27,630 bases of DNA. It comes from Ginkgo biloba (Eukaryota > Plantae > Ginkgophyta). A program made the position numbers and the translations under genes. The notes beneath the pieces were generated by a model that was given only the letters and a program-made list of their open reading frames with translations, had not been told where the DNA came from and did not search any database. Shown piece after piece: positions 1-12,543 of this stretch (position 1 is the first letter of the stretch; every line of letters starts with the position of its first letter). The stretch spans positions 64,636,909 to 64,664,538 of the forward strand of contig JANKJI020000004.1 in NCBI GenBank assembly GCA_024626585.2, given 5' to 3'.

Positions 1-172
1 TAGTTACTGATGCATCAACATATACATGGTACTTTTCCTTATAATTTAGAAATCAAAGGATTGATACCTCTGTAATCTTCAACTTTAATATTTCAAAAGA
101 ACCTTGACATTCTTTTATTCATATTTTCCCTTTAATGTTTGCATAGCCTTTGTTGAATTTATGGTAATAACT

Positions 173-823
173 TGTATGCCCCAAAATTTGCTTTACTTAA
201 GATGGATTTATTGGAGGCTCTAACTAGAAAATAATTCTAACTTTCATTGGGTTAACCATTAAGCCTTATTTATAAGTAATAAGCCCCAATAATTTTCCAA
301 ATGGTGTTAACATCTAACACTTCATATATTTTAAAGAGATGCTTTTCTCCCTACATATTTATAGAATTTATCTCAAGTCTATAATATGTTCTTTAATCAA
401 CCCAAAAAATTGGCCAATAATCAAAATATATCTCAAAATATTTATGTATAAAATCTTTGAATATTTCTTTGATATTCCTTCATAATATTACAAGTGATGA
501 GACCAGTTCATAAAAGAGATAGCATTCATCTAACGATGGGTGTTAGTAATGAGAAGATACTTAGATTTTTGGATCTATGACTACTCGATATATCTTTTAA
601 TAACTTACATAGGGATTCGTTGTAGGCATGATAGAGACTACCCTTCTAATTATATTGGTATTCCTCCCATGTTAGGGGAGAGAGTGACAATAGCAGTTCT
701 AATTCATATCTTATTATGCTTATTATTTTATTGATGTTAATTATTGCATGTTTTAATTTACATGAGTACATGATACTAATCATGTTTAATGTTTGTATGT
801 GGGGTAAGATTAGGGGTATATCA
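173..823. mobile_element. Candidate Gypsy-type LTR remnant
   Basis: Starts TGTATGCCCC and ends GGGGTATATCA, giving TG...CA ends with imperfect inverted termini. No matching TSD and no partner LTR seen. Confidence 0.35.
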
Positions 824-1596
824 CCACCACATAGGTATCCTCCTCATGGTACATATAAAGGGTGTGTGATTTAGGATCTTGGATGAGGGTAAGGCATGAG
901 TATGGAGGAACAACTAGTGGTTATGTTGGGCTTATTAGTGACGAAGATATTAGTATAGAGGGTGATGCAATAATTATTCAACTTGGGTGGACATTAGAGG
1001 ATTAGGTTATTATAGATGTAGGTATGCTAACTAAATTATGTACAACATAATTTAAATAACTCCCTTATTACTTTTAATATAGAAGGAGTTAATATTGTTG
1101 TATTTTGGTGTTTTATCCCCTTCTCTAGAGTCTATAGCTACAAGAGTACTAACAACACTGAGGAGGCTTACTCATCTTGTTCCAAGTCTAACTAGGTTTA
1201 TTATACATATAGTTTTATTAGGGATGGTGGTGAGGNNNNNNNNNNNNNNNNNNNNNNNNTTATCTCTTGACTATATATTCATATTTTGTATCTTGATCCT
1301 AAAGAAATAAAACTACTTAGATTTTATATATAAACATATTTCATGCAGATTTCTATATATGAATGCATATTTGTATCACTTTTATGATGATGAATTTGTT
1401 TATTGGCCCTATTATGTGTACATTGTAACTTAATATTTGTAAAATTTTCTAAATATGATGTTTGTATTCTTATGCATCTTCAATAAATTATGTTTAATGT
1501 TTAATGCATTATAAGTAATTGAAAAAAGGTGCCCCTCCTTTAAAATTTTGGTAAATGATTAAAAGGAGGGGGGGAGAGGGAGTATGTACCCTTCTC

Positions 1597-2620
1597 TTAA
1601 TCATATAATATTTTTAGTGAGTCACATGAGTTGTATTGAGAAACAAAGATCCATCAACATGTGATAATTGATAAGAACGTTTTGGTAACACTTTGTTGAT
1701 AATAAATGGACCTAACCAATAAGACTTGAGCTTGGTAGGGCCTAACTTCCTGGTGACTTCACCAAAGCATAAAATAAGGTTGTCTTATTCAAATGTTTAA
1801 GGTACCTCTTTTCGATCATAAGAGGATTTTAGAGTGCTCTTAAATGGTCTTCATGATTTTAGANNNNNNNNNNNNNNNNNNNNNNNNNNNNNNNNNNNNN
1901 NNNNNNNNNNNNNNNNNNNNNNNNNNNNNNNNNNNNNNNNNNNNNNNNNNNNNNNNNNNNNNNNNNNNNNNNNNNNNNNNNNNNNNNNNNNNNNNNNNNN
2001 NNNNNNNNNNNNNNNNNNNNNNNNNNNNNNNNNNNNNNNNNNNNNNNNNNNNNNNNNNNNNNNNNNNNNNNNNNNNNNNNNNNNNNNNNNNNNNNNNNNN
2101 NNNNNNNNNNNNNNNNNNNNNNNNNNNNNNNNNNNNNNNNNTTAAATGATTTGAATAATCCATTGGATTGGGAACAATAAGATGAAGTATTTGAAGGGTA
2201 TATTCCAAATGTATTAAAAATATATTCCATAAAATCATTAATAAAATGAGCTCCCCTATTTGAAACATTGTCTAATAAACATGGTTGTTATTTCACCATC
2301 TTCTTATTCAATTAGCAAGGCTTTCAGTCATTTGTTGAATTAATCCACTATAGTGATAATGTATTTATGGCATGTGCTAATAGGAGGATCAAATGTACCT
2401 ATAAAATCAATGTCCCATTTTGAAAAGGAATCTATGCAATGGAATAAGAGGAGCATGTCATCTACATAAAAACATTAACAACGAGAAAAATATTTTATGG
2501 ATTTGTGAAAATCCTTAATGAGGGTAGGCGAATCATATCCATACCTAATGGTATTAGATATAGTGGTTAATGAAAAAAAATGACTTCCATATGCACTATA
2601 ATGGGATTCATTTAGGATAA
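1597..2620 (-). pseudogene. pol: Integrase remnant of element 1
   Basis: Motifs FSKWDIDFIG (~2400-2430), IFNTFGIYP..YCSQSNG (2150-2230), and C-terminal WLGPFIINKVLPKRSYQL..KYY (1600-1720). Confidence 0.9.
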
Positions 2621-2929
2621 TTTATGCTCAATCTCTAATAACACATTGATATTAGATTCCATCAGTTTATTTCTTGTATAAGTTATAATACAAAATAAAA
2701 TAGTTAGCATCTTGGATGTGAATATTAGGCCTTTAGGATTTGTCAAGATGAGGAGCATATGACTATTTTTCATATCTATGATAATATTCACAAACCATTC
2801 ATATTCATTTAATATGAGGAATAAGGTATCATCTAAGGAAGATATGCCTAATATTAGAATGGGATATTGAGGCATAGGAGGATAATAAAAAAATATTTCT
2901 ACAGGACTCATTTCTTTCTTAGCTTTTGG

Positions 2930-4330
2930 ATGAAAAATGAAAGCTCAAAATCTTATAGGATAGGAATATAATGATAAAAATGACTAAATAGGGCTATTTT
3001 GTGAAGAACATAATTTAGAGTATTATGTGGGAGGATGACCTTGGTATGGTTGTGAATCATATAGTATCATAATCTCTTTATTATAGAGTCAATTACTAAG
3101 CATTATCTATTAATCTCGAGATAATTCAACTTATATCTAATCAATGGACTTCTTACATAAGAAATANNNNNNNNNNNNNNNNNNNNNNNNNNNNNNNNNN
3201 NNNATGGCCACATATAAAGATTAAATATAGAGTATAAAATCTTAAGTAAAGTCAAGTCACATAAGAATGGGATATGATATGAAAGCATGTTTAATATCAT
3301 AAAAATATATTTGATCTTTAGTATCCCATTTGAAAGGGGTTTAGATTTGTTTAGACAATACCAAGGGATAGAAATCTTGGAATAATCCTCTATGAACCTC
3401 CTCATATAACCTTTTTTTTGTAGAAAATNNNNNNNNNNNNNNNNNNNNNNCAGTTGTGTGAGATTAATTAGGGGATTCATGAACAAAATAACTATTACTT
3501 TTCTTAGATCTACATGAATTACTTGGTCTAAAATAATTTAATCAAGGAGGCATCCTTAATATACCTCTAATACACATTTATGTGGACTCGATTGCATTTG
3601 ATACATGCAACACCTCTTGAAAATAATATGAAAAAATGGTCTTCTCTCTTAAAAAACTTCATACTCAAATCATATAAGAAAGCATTAGCATACTTGTGAA
3701 GGAAATCATAAAAATCACATGTCATTGCCTTCTCATAGGTTACACCATCATTGACCAATCCAAAGGGCATAATGCGATAAGTGAAAGTACCACATGAAGT
3801 GGTAAATATTTTTTTTTATGGTCTTTCTTAGTGATTAAGATTGATTATTTCTAGAAAATCCATCCATTAAGGATATAAATTTATGCCCATCAATAGAGTT
3901 GATGATCTTATCAATGAATAAGGTGGGAAAATTATATTTAAGAGAGGCCTCATTGAGGTTTGTAAAATTGATAAAAATCTTGGTGGATATTTATTTTACA
4001 TAATAAGAACCATATTTTCTACCCACTTGATGTAGATGATAGGAAAGACGAATCTTGCATCAATAATTTTTAGACTTCTTACTAAATGCTTATAGCCAAT
4101 TATGGCATAATTGGTCTTTGTGTTTTAAAAATAATCCTAACTTAAGGATTAAGGTCAATATTATGTCCAATAATATAAGGATCTATTCCACCCATATCAT
4201 AATAGGTCTAAGAAAATATGTCTATGAATTATTTATAAATAACTTTGGATTGTTCCTCCTCTTGGGGAGTGCATTCATATCTAATAAGAATGTGTTCGGG
4301 ATTTTCAATTTTGGATATAGTAATGGGATG
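2930..4330 (-). pseudogene. pol: Reverse transcriptase plus RNase H remnant of element 1
   Basis: Reads FIDIFS*TYYDMGGIDP..HNIDL, then MPFGLVNDGVTYEKAMT..AFLYDL (decayed YxDD; ORF 3567-3770), then GYMRRFIEDYSK and RH-like sequence. Confidence 0.92.
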
Positions 4331-4389
4331 AGTATCACTAATGTTCTTGAGATTATCATATTCAAAAGAAATAGGGGCAATATAGAGAA

Positions 4390-4650
4390 TTCCCTCCTTT
4401 GTCAAAATGTCTAGTAGGAGGACACTCCTATTATCGACATGAAAGATTTACTTCAAATTTGATGGCCCATATGATGGTGAGGAGAAGACAAGTGTACACT
4501 ATAGTGAAATATAATGGGATTGACCACTATGATGATGAAATTGGTTGGACAAAGATTATTATTTATATGTGAAGTTAATAATTGCCTCATAATTTTAAAA
4601 TTACCCAAGGCAAGAGATCAATCTATGTTGACAAAACACACCATGGATGA
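4390..4650 (-). pseudogene. Probable additional (archaeal-type, aRH) RNase H domain upstream of RT
   Basis: Frameshifted translation CFVNID*SLALGN..LLTS / VYTCLLLTIIWAIKFEV / FHVDNRSVLLL resembles the RNase HI pattern DGS..G..EY.ALL..L..A....L.V.GDS.L. Confidence 0.5.
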
Positions 4651-6379
4651 TTGAGGGTATTGTTTGGAAGGATTACCTATAAATATTCCAACTATAAAAT
4701 CATATTTATGTGGAAACATAATAATTCTAAGACCAATAAAAAAAGAGAATTGAGTACCTATAGGCAAAACTAATTGGATAAGGCCTAGTAGAGTTTCCAT
4801 TGATGTGGAGGTAGTTGGACTAGTGGGAGGATCAATATCAACCCTTAGGAATAAAGTAGCTTATGGTATCAATAAATGGAACTTGGGAGATATAATTGAT
4901 ATTAGAATTATTTTTATTATATTTGGATTCTTCAAACCTCATTATGGATCCATTNNNNNNNNNNNNNNNNNNNNNNNNNNNNNNNNNNNNNNNNNNNNNN
5001 NNNNNNNNNNNNNNNNNNNNNNNNNNNNNNNNNNNNNNNNNNNNNNNNNNNNNNNNNNNNNNNNNNNNNNNNNNNNNNNNNNNNNNNNNNNNNNNNNNNN
5101 NNNNNNNNNNNNNNNNNNNNNNNNNNNNNNNNNNNNNNNNNNNNNNNNNNNNNNNNNNNNNNNNNNNNNNNNNNNNNNNNNNNNNNNNNNNNNNNNNNNN
5201 NNNNNNNNNNNNNNNNNNNNNNNNNNNNNNNNNNNNNNNNNNNNNNNNNNNNNNNNNNNNNNNNNNNNNNNNNNNNNNNNNNNNNNNNNNNNNNNNNNNN
5301 NNNNNNNNNNNNNNNNNNNNNNNNNNNNNNNNNNNNNNNNNNNNNNNNNNNNNNNNNNNNNNNNNNNNNNNNNNNNNNNNNNNNNNNNNNNNNNNNNNNN
5401 NNNNNNNNNNNNNNNNNNNNNNNNNNNNNNNNNNNNNNNNNNNNNNNNNNNNNNNNNNNNNNNNNNNNNNNNNNNNNNNNNNNNNNNNNNNNNNNNNNNN
5501 NNNNNNNNNNNNNNNNNNNNNNNNNNNNNNNNNNNNNNNNNNNNNNNNNNNNNNNNNNNNNNNNNNNNNNNNNNNNNNNNNNNNNNNNNNNNNNNNNNNN
5601 NNNNNNNNNNNNNNNNNNNNNNNNNNNNNNNNNNNNNNNNNNNNNNNNNNNNNNNNNNNNNNNNNNNNNNNNNNNNNNNNNNNNNNNNNNNNNNNNNNNN
5701 NNNNNNNNNNNNNNNNNNNNNNNNNNNNNNNNNNNNNNNNNNNNNNNNNNNNNNNNNNNNNNNNNNNNNNNNNNNNNNNNNNNNNNNNNNNNNNNNNNNN
5801 NNNNNNNNNNNNNNNNNNNNNNNNNNNNNNNNNNNNNNNNAGAAGTATCAAGGATTTACACACATAGATGTGTAGGAAAATCATCTTGGGTAGGATTAGA
5901 TGTGATTATATGGTCTTATATATATTTAAGAGATTTATTCCAAGACTAATATTCATGTGTATTATAGGTAGTAACCTCATAATAGTAAAACCATATGGGA
6001 GGTTGGTGGGGATTGTCTTGATTTGGGTTTTCTTTTTGTCCCCTATTTTGGTTATGGCCTCTACCATATCTCCCCCTATTAATATTAGTATTTTCANNNN
6101 NNNNNNGGATTGGGATTTGGGTTTGGGTTTGGGGGAGAAATCATATGAGGATTAATAGATAGAGGTTTAACTTAGTTATTGACCAAGTTGATTTAGGAAT
6201 CATCCTATTAAGAGGATTAGAGGTAGAAACATACCCCAACATGCCTTATTTGGTGGGTGCACTAGAATAAAAGGAATAACCAATAATTCCATTTATAACT
6301 AGTGGAATACATGGATGTTCAGAAGGTTTAACTAGATTANNNNNNNNNNNNNNNNNNNNNNNNNATTTCAATATCTAGA

Positions 6380-7300
6380 TTATTGTAGGCATATGTTAAG
6401 AAGAAATGCTTTATAAATGGTGTGCTCTTTATCTCTTAGTATTTTTTTCATAACATGGTATGCATGTTATAAAAGGAGACTCTCTACAAACCAATGAATA
6501 TATTCCTTAGGATAAATATATGTACATTTGGATCTAGTTACCATCCATATTTTTATTTGTTGGGAAATTGGGGTATGAGAACTTTTCTTCATCATGATGA
6601 GGTGCTTAATAGAGCTTTTGAATGGTTCNNNNNNNNNNNNNNNNNNNNNNNNNNNNNNNNNNNNNNTAAATGGATTGATGGGATAAATGCATGAATCATA
6701 TGAAAGCATCATTAGTGAGGGAACATTAGAATAAACTCAACCTATTTGACTCATCATAACAATATACATTGTACCATACCTTATATTGGGTGAGATGATG
6801 ATTACGATTCTCATCATTCCAACTAAAAAAATTGGGCATAGAGGAGCATATTTAGGCAATGGTGGTCAAAAGGACTATTAATGAAATTAGTGTGTATGAA
6901 TATAGACTTACATTTCATTCAAATAGGTTTTGGGATTGTGGATATGGTAATGGGTTGTTTTTCATGGATCCATAAGGACTGTTATATGTTGAATTCCCAT
7001 AGGGATCATATGGTGGTATCCTATATGGGAAGGATGGGTTTTTATATGAAAAAATTGACTATGAAATAAATAGATTCCTATAAAATGGGTGTTGTATAGT
7101 AAATTTATATTATGGGTTTGGTTATTATGGATAATATCATCCAAAAGGTGGATAAGTGGGTTGAGAAGGAAAATTACCAAATGGATTATATAATTGTGAA
7201 CCTATCCCATAAGGTGGTCCTCCACCTATTAGATTAGAAGATGATGGGTTGTATTAGTAAGGAGGAGGAGGATAAACAATAAGGATTTTAGCAAGGATCG
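6380..7300 (-). pseudogene. gag: gag remnant with Pro-rich N-terminal region (element 1)
   Basis: Pro/Tyr/Gln-rich minus-strand codons (e.g. PPPPY at ~7257-7275), followed by MPNF-like and YIHWF-like retrotrans-gag segments. Heavily decayed. Confidence 0.55.
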
Positions 7301-8497
7301 TTCCTTTCTTAGATTTTGGATGGATGATATCAAGATAAAAAACTTGTAAGAGGATAATATAATAACTAAAATTAGAAAATATTGTTGTTTTATCAAAGAG
7401 GTATTTGAGAGGGTTGGGTGGAAGTACTAATTTCATATGGCTATGAAGTATATAATGTATTAACCTATTTGTATCATGAACTACCACTAGGTATTATCTG
7501 TCAATATCATGGAAATTCAACTCATTACTAACCAAGGGATTTCTCTCATAATAAATGGATTTTTTGATACAATAGATATCCTCTTGTATAAATATCTCAC
7601 GTATATACACATCAGAATATCAAATGTATAGAATGAATATATTTAGTAAAATATAGTGGCATGAGAATGGGAGTAAATTAGTAANNNNNNNNNNNNNNNN
7701 NNNNNNNNNNNNNNNNNNNNNNNNNNNNNNNNNNNNNNNNNNNNNNNNNNNNNNNNNNNNNNNNNNNNNNNNNNNNNNNNNNNNCTCCAAATGGAGGAGG
7801 ATTAAAATGATTAGGTTGCATGGGATTATATGGTTGTGAGGGCCAAAGTGATCACCATAAGAACATGTAATATGGGTATGGTTTTAATGGTAGATGGATG
7901 AGTGGTAGGATAAAAAATTAGAAAGGTAGATGGTTTATATAGAAATGGATGAAACTATGTATTGAAGTTAAGCCAATTATTACATGATGGATGTCAAATC
8001 CATACAACAAAAAGTACTTAGTGGAGTGATGGTAGGTACTTGAAATATAGGATTGGATTAAGAAGGTGATATATTAGACCCTCCAATGTATGGATTCATG
8101 GATGGAGGAACATTGGACCTTTATGGTGGATTTTTTGTAGAACTTAGAGTGTAAGGAGGGCATATTCCCTTAGAAGGGGCATTAGTAATGGGAGGGATGC
8201 AATGTGTAGTTGGTGGTGCCTCTTAAGGGGGTTATATAATAAAGTTATTAGGGATTTTTTACTTCGTGTATTAGGAGGGGTGGGTTGGCCAATAAATTAT
8301 GGATTTGGATTAAGGGGAGGTGAAACATTTTGTATGAACTTAGGATTTAAAGTGTTACGATGTATTAGGGCCTAAAGATCAATTGTTGGTGGTATATTAG
8401 TATATTCAAATTTTGGTGGAGATGAAGAGGATCCATACAATGGATTCATAAAGGACCTAGGTGAGTGATGTATGGGCATCGTTACTAAAAATAAAAT

Positions 8498-8513
8498 TCC
8501 CTATTGAAGTGCA
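8498..8513 (-). promoter_or_regulatory. Possible degenerate tRNA-Arg type primer-binding site of element 1
   Basis: Plus strand TCCCTATTGAAGTGCA resembles TCCCCAGTGGAGTCGCCA, the reverse complement of the Tat/Ogre PBS, with several substitutions and deletions. Its position upstream of gag fits. Confidence 0.3.
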
Positions 8514-8800
8514 TCTCTAGAGTGGCAATGATTATGATTAATAAGGGGACTTATGAGATTGGCCAAGGGGGTAAATGATGGGTTTTAATTTATACCCATT
8601 ATCTACCATATTTTCTTTTGTACTCTTTAGGAATGACCCACTATATAATCTCATCTATTTTTGGGATTAATGGGTGACTGACAAAAGATAGAGAAGTATT
8701 AAATTTTTTGGTTATTTTTGGATAAATTTGTGAATATCATGAGGTATTTGTCCTTTGCACAAGTTACTTTTAGGTCAGGTGTAATTAAGGTAGCAACATT

Positions 8801-9799
8801 TGTTGGAAAAATCTACTTATATATTAGGTGCAAGTAGAAGTGGTTATGACTGGGGCTAGAAGTTACTTGTACATTATGTTCAAGTAAGGTGGTGGATATT
8901 GTATGAAGTGGGTACTTGCACTTTGAATGCAAGTAGTGTAGGATGGAGGCAGTGGAAACTTGTTTACTCAATGATGTGATTTCATTGTATAGTAGAAGTT
9001 GGCTATGCATACTGAGGTGGCCAAAGAAAAAATTTGTTATTGTAATAGTTAATTGTAAGGTACTTGCAAGTTCCAATTTTTAGGTATAGATAATTAATGT
9101 AACCTACTTTCAGTTTAATTATAAGTATTTTATTATTGTAAAGTGCAATTAANNNNNNNNNNNNNNNNNNNNNNNNNNNNNNNNNNNNNNNNNNNNNNNN
9201 NNNNNNNNNNNNNNNNNNNNNNNNNNNNNNNNNNNNNNNNNNNNNNNNNNNNTTAAAATTTAAGTTATATTACTTTAAAATATAACTTTAATAATTAAGC
9301 TTTAAATTTTATTTGTAGTGGTAGAAATTTCTTGTGTAGTGGTGGATGAATGGATATGCATAGATTCTGGACATGCGAGCACATATTCTAGACACACATG
9401 CATGATCATAGGTACGCCTTGTAGTTAGTTGAGGCCTTAGTCATAGGGTGATTATAGTCTATAGGAATAAATAGTATACTATTTTAGAGTTGGGAGACAA
9501 TAGATTGTGGTTGGAAGTATATTACAGAGTCTACAAGAAGACACAGTAGTCTAGTTCTTAGACTATATTATAGTGTTATTGTAGTAGTCTAGTTATTAGA
9601 GACAGTAGTTTAGTTCCCTCCAAGAAGAACGTTTGTTTGTGTAATTTTATTATGAAAATATTAATTAAAGATTGAATTTTTTTATTCTCTATTGATTGTT
9701 TGTTCATTACATAATTTCTAAATTTTATTCATCTATTCACACATAGGGAGTGTGATTTATTTTTACACGCCTTTAGCCTATGTTATTTAGATTTCAACT
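8801..9799 (+). mobile_element. Probable solo LTR (~1 kb, TGTTG-type terminus)
   Basis: Starts TGTTGGAAAA and ends ATTTCAAC(T), a decayed CAACA. Contains repeated (C/T)AGTAGT(C/T)TAGTT units at 9543-9615 and a T-rich U5-like end. No clean TSD. Confidence 0.55.
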
Positions 9800-10713
9800 A
9801 AGGTACTACTAAATGAAAATGGGAATGTGAAACTTTGGGTCATGGTTTATAAATAATAACTTGATATGATGCAAAATAATTTATACATCCAATAGTGGGA
9901 TTATCTTCATCAGGTGGTGTAACCGAGATTTTGGGGGGATATAGTGTATTTTTGTACTAGGAGGTCACATCTAACTCCTATGTGATGAACTTGTATATTT
10001 GAGCAATAACGCTTGATGGCATGCACCCCCATAATTGTACAGTTCTTTTTTTTTTATCAACAAAAGAAGCTAACTCCTTCTGTGCAAGTTTTTAATCTTC
10101 TGATATTGTCGTCGTCCATTCCAAGTATCTACACTTTTGCTCCTTTTTTTTATTTTTTCCAAATTTTATTATGTTTTCTCAAAAAAGGTCATGCCGTGGA
10201 AATGAGTGCATGCCACGGCATGGATTTGCACATTTTTATGATGCTATATAATTGTACACCCTACCAAGGCTAGGGCTTGCACATTTCTATGGTACCATGG
10301 AATTACACACCCTATCATAATACAACATTGATATCACATGCATTTTCACAGTGCATTTTTTGACGTTCAGTGACATGGATTTTTGGGATATTTTTCACCT
10401 TTTTGGGTTATGGATTGCCACTNNNNNNNNNNNNNNNNNNNNNNNNNNNNNNNNNNNNNNNNNNNNNNNNNNNNNNNNNNNNNNNNNNNNNNNNNNNNNN
10501 NNNNNNNNNNNNNNNNNNNNNNTCTTCTTGTCTAATTTCAATGTTATTGTTATTTGGCTATTGATCTTCCATGCAGTATAATCCTGCTATAAAACCGAGG
10601 TGGCCCTTTCATAGGATTGCATCCATTCATTGGGAATCTACTATTTTAGTTCCCGCAACTCATATCCCTTTAATAGTATATTTCTACCCTTATAACTTAA
10701 AGGTAAGGAAGTC

Positions 10714-11052
10714 TTATGCGTGATTAGTAACATACATCCTGAGGTTTATCAAGGATTGTACCCCCAACACTGCATCTACTCCACCTATTTCTGTCACGTA
10801 GCAAGAGTCCTTGAGAGTGTAATCTCCCAATTTCAATTCAACATTCTTGATAACTCCTTCACACATTATTTGTAATTTCCCAGGTATGGATATGGGAAAC
10901 ATTTCACTTCTATCTATGTAGAGGCCTAATTGATTGACATGTCGTTTATCCAAAAAATTGAGTGTACTTCTTGGGTCTATCATGACCAGTAACTTACTCT
11001 TTTTAATGAACCCATTAGTTTTAAAGGTATCACATTTCCCTAGTCCGGTCAT
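10714..11052 (-). pseudogene. pol: Retroviral-type aspartic protease remnant
   Basis: LLVMIDPRSTLNFLD (ancestral D-S-G-S-T-H-N-F) and IGGVDAVLGVQSL (D.VLG.QWL motif). Confidence 0.9.
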
Positions 11053-11224
11053 TGCGATGAATGAAATCTCTGGTTCTCCTATATCTAGTGCTCCTTGGGT
11101 TCATGGTTCTTCAACCATGTCATCTTCATTTGGACTGTAGTCCAGTTCAAGTTCTTTGATTATTACCTCAACCTCTATTTCTTCCTCGCGATCTTCATTT
11201 TGTACTTTAGCAATGAATAACTTC

Positions 11225-11900
11225 TTTAGAAGGCATTTGTGTTCACGTCTCCATGAACCTTTGCAGCAGTAGCATTTTCTTCCTTCATTTCCTTGGGAGT
11301 CTTCATGTGGCCTATATGTCTTATTATTTTGTGGACGTCCTACTAGAGTTGTTTGTCTTGCGTTATAGATAGAAGTAATGGCTACAATCCTCGTTTGGGT
11401 AGGAATATACCTTCATCTGCANNNNNNNNNNNNNNNNNNNNNNNNNNNNNNNNNNNNNNNNNNNNNNNNNNNNNNNNNNNNNNNNNNNNNNNNNNNNNNN
11501 NNNNTCTCTCACATCTTTTTCGTCTATATCCACCTTGGCCTCCAAGATCTGAAATTTGTCTATGTATTCTTCAATTGACATCTCCCTTTGGTAGTTATGT
11601 CCCAACTAAATATTATATGACTCATTCCAATTTTGATCAGCTCATTGGTAGAAATCAGCTAGAAATTTCTTGTAAGCTTCGACTCATGTATGGTTTTTAC
11701 CCCACCATTTAGATCCCATGTGTGTGTTCTTTATATGAATTGAATGATTATTCAAATCTTTTGCTACCTACTCAAATGCCATGTCTATCCTATGGCATTC
11801 ATGTGATTCCATTGGGTCATCAAATCTATAATTGGGGATTTTAGTTGTAGGGGGGTCTATTATTCCCAAGGAGTGAGTTCCTATGAGTTTTATTATCGAT
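11225..11900 (-). pseudogene. gag: gag remnant with Cys/His knuckle
   Basis: YQREMSIEEYIDKFQIL (retrotrans-gag Q..S+.EY...F..L) and RKCYCCKGSWRREHKCL at ~11230-11280. Confidence 0.85.
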
Positions 11901-12213
11901 TCTTAGAACTTATTGACATAGTAATGTCTAGTCACTGGAGATTATACTCATGCTCAATTGATTATCCATATTTTAATTCATCCCTACTAATAGTTGATTA
12001 ATCCCTGATAATTCATTTTTTACTTGATCCATATCCTTTCCAATGCTAATAACTCCATCATTGATTTTGTTGTAGTTGTAATTGTACTAGTCGTAAACCC
12101 TTTTTCCATGCTCCATACCTTTCTTAACTTGTTGTCTTTTTTGAACCATATATTTCCTTAGTCCAAGATTGTTAGGGTATGGGGCACTTGCTACCCACAA
12201 ATAAGTTCTGAAT

Positions 12214-12543
12214 TGGGAGAATCTACTATCCAAAGTAGAAAAGGTCTTAAAAAATAAGAAGAATGGATAAATTGATGATGAATAATGGTTATAAAGAGGA
12301 GAGATAAGGCCCTTTTATACTTAATTGTTAAGTGCCTTAGTTCAAGACTCATAACAATTGGATAAGAAGTGAACTTTTAGTTCTTAAATATCCTATTAGC
12401 TACCTAAACTTGGGAACTTCGTTATAAGTCCTTATTTAGTTCCTTTTTTAAGGTTAATTGTAGGCCCTTTTAACCTTTATATTTAGGAATTTCATCTTTT
12501 AATTCTTAATTTAGGCCTAGGTTGCATTTGGGGACACAATACA
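12214..12543 (-). mobile_element. 5' LTR of element 2 (330 bp)
   Basis: Minus strand reads TGTATTGTGTCCCC...TATAAAAGG (TATA, ~12311-12319)...ATTCTCCCA. It is followed by ATTCAGAACTT, interpretable as the tRNA-Met PBS ATTGGTATCAGAGCTT with a 5-nt deletion. Confidence 0.7.

Larger units (their letters stand above)
1597..8513 (-). mobile_element. Decayed Ty3/Gypsy LTR retrotransposon internal region, non-chromovirus Tat-like (element 1)
   Basis: Minus-strand order: degenerate PBS, Pro-rich/gag region, masked region, RNase H-like segment, RT, RH, INT. Many TGG>TAG/TGA stops and frameshifts. Confidence 0.9.
10590..12543 (-). mobile_element. 5' fragment of chromovirus-type Ty3/Gypsy element: LTR-PBS-gag-protease, truncated before RT (element 2)
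   Basis: LTR, PBS remnant, gag, zinc knuckle and aspartic protease are collinear on the minus strand. Confidence 0.88.

Noticed and set aside
4805-5884. Long ORFs of 260-390 aa in the ORF track (also at 12867-13796, 15103-16266, 22712-23630)
   Set aside because: Almost entirely X from N runs; not evidence of coding sequence.
173-9945. Pairing 173-823 with 8516-9945 as the two LTRs of element 1
   Set aside because: No visible sequence similarity between them and no TSD.
10190-10240. Helitron 3' hairpin
   Set aside because: No CTRR terminus at the expected distance on either strand.
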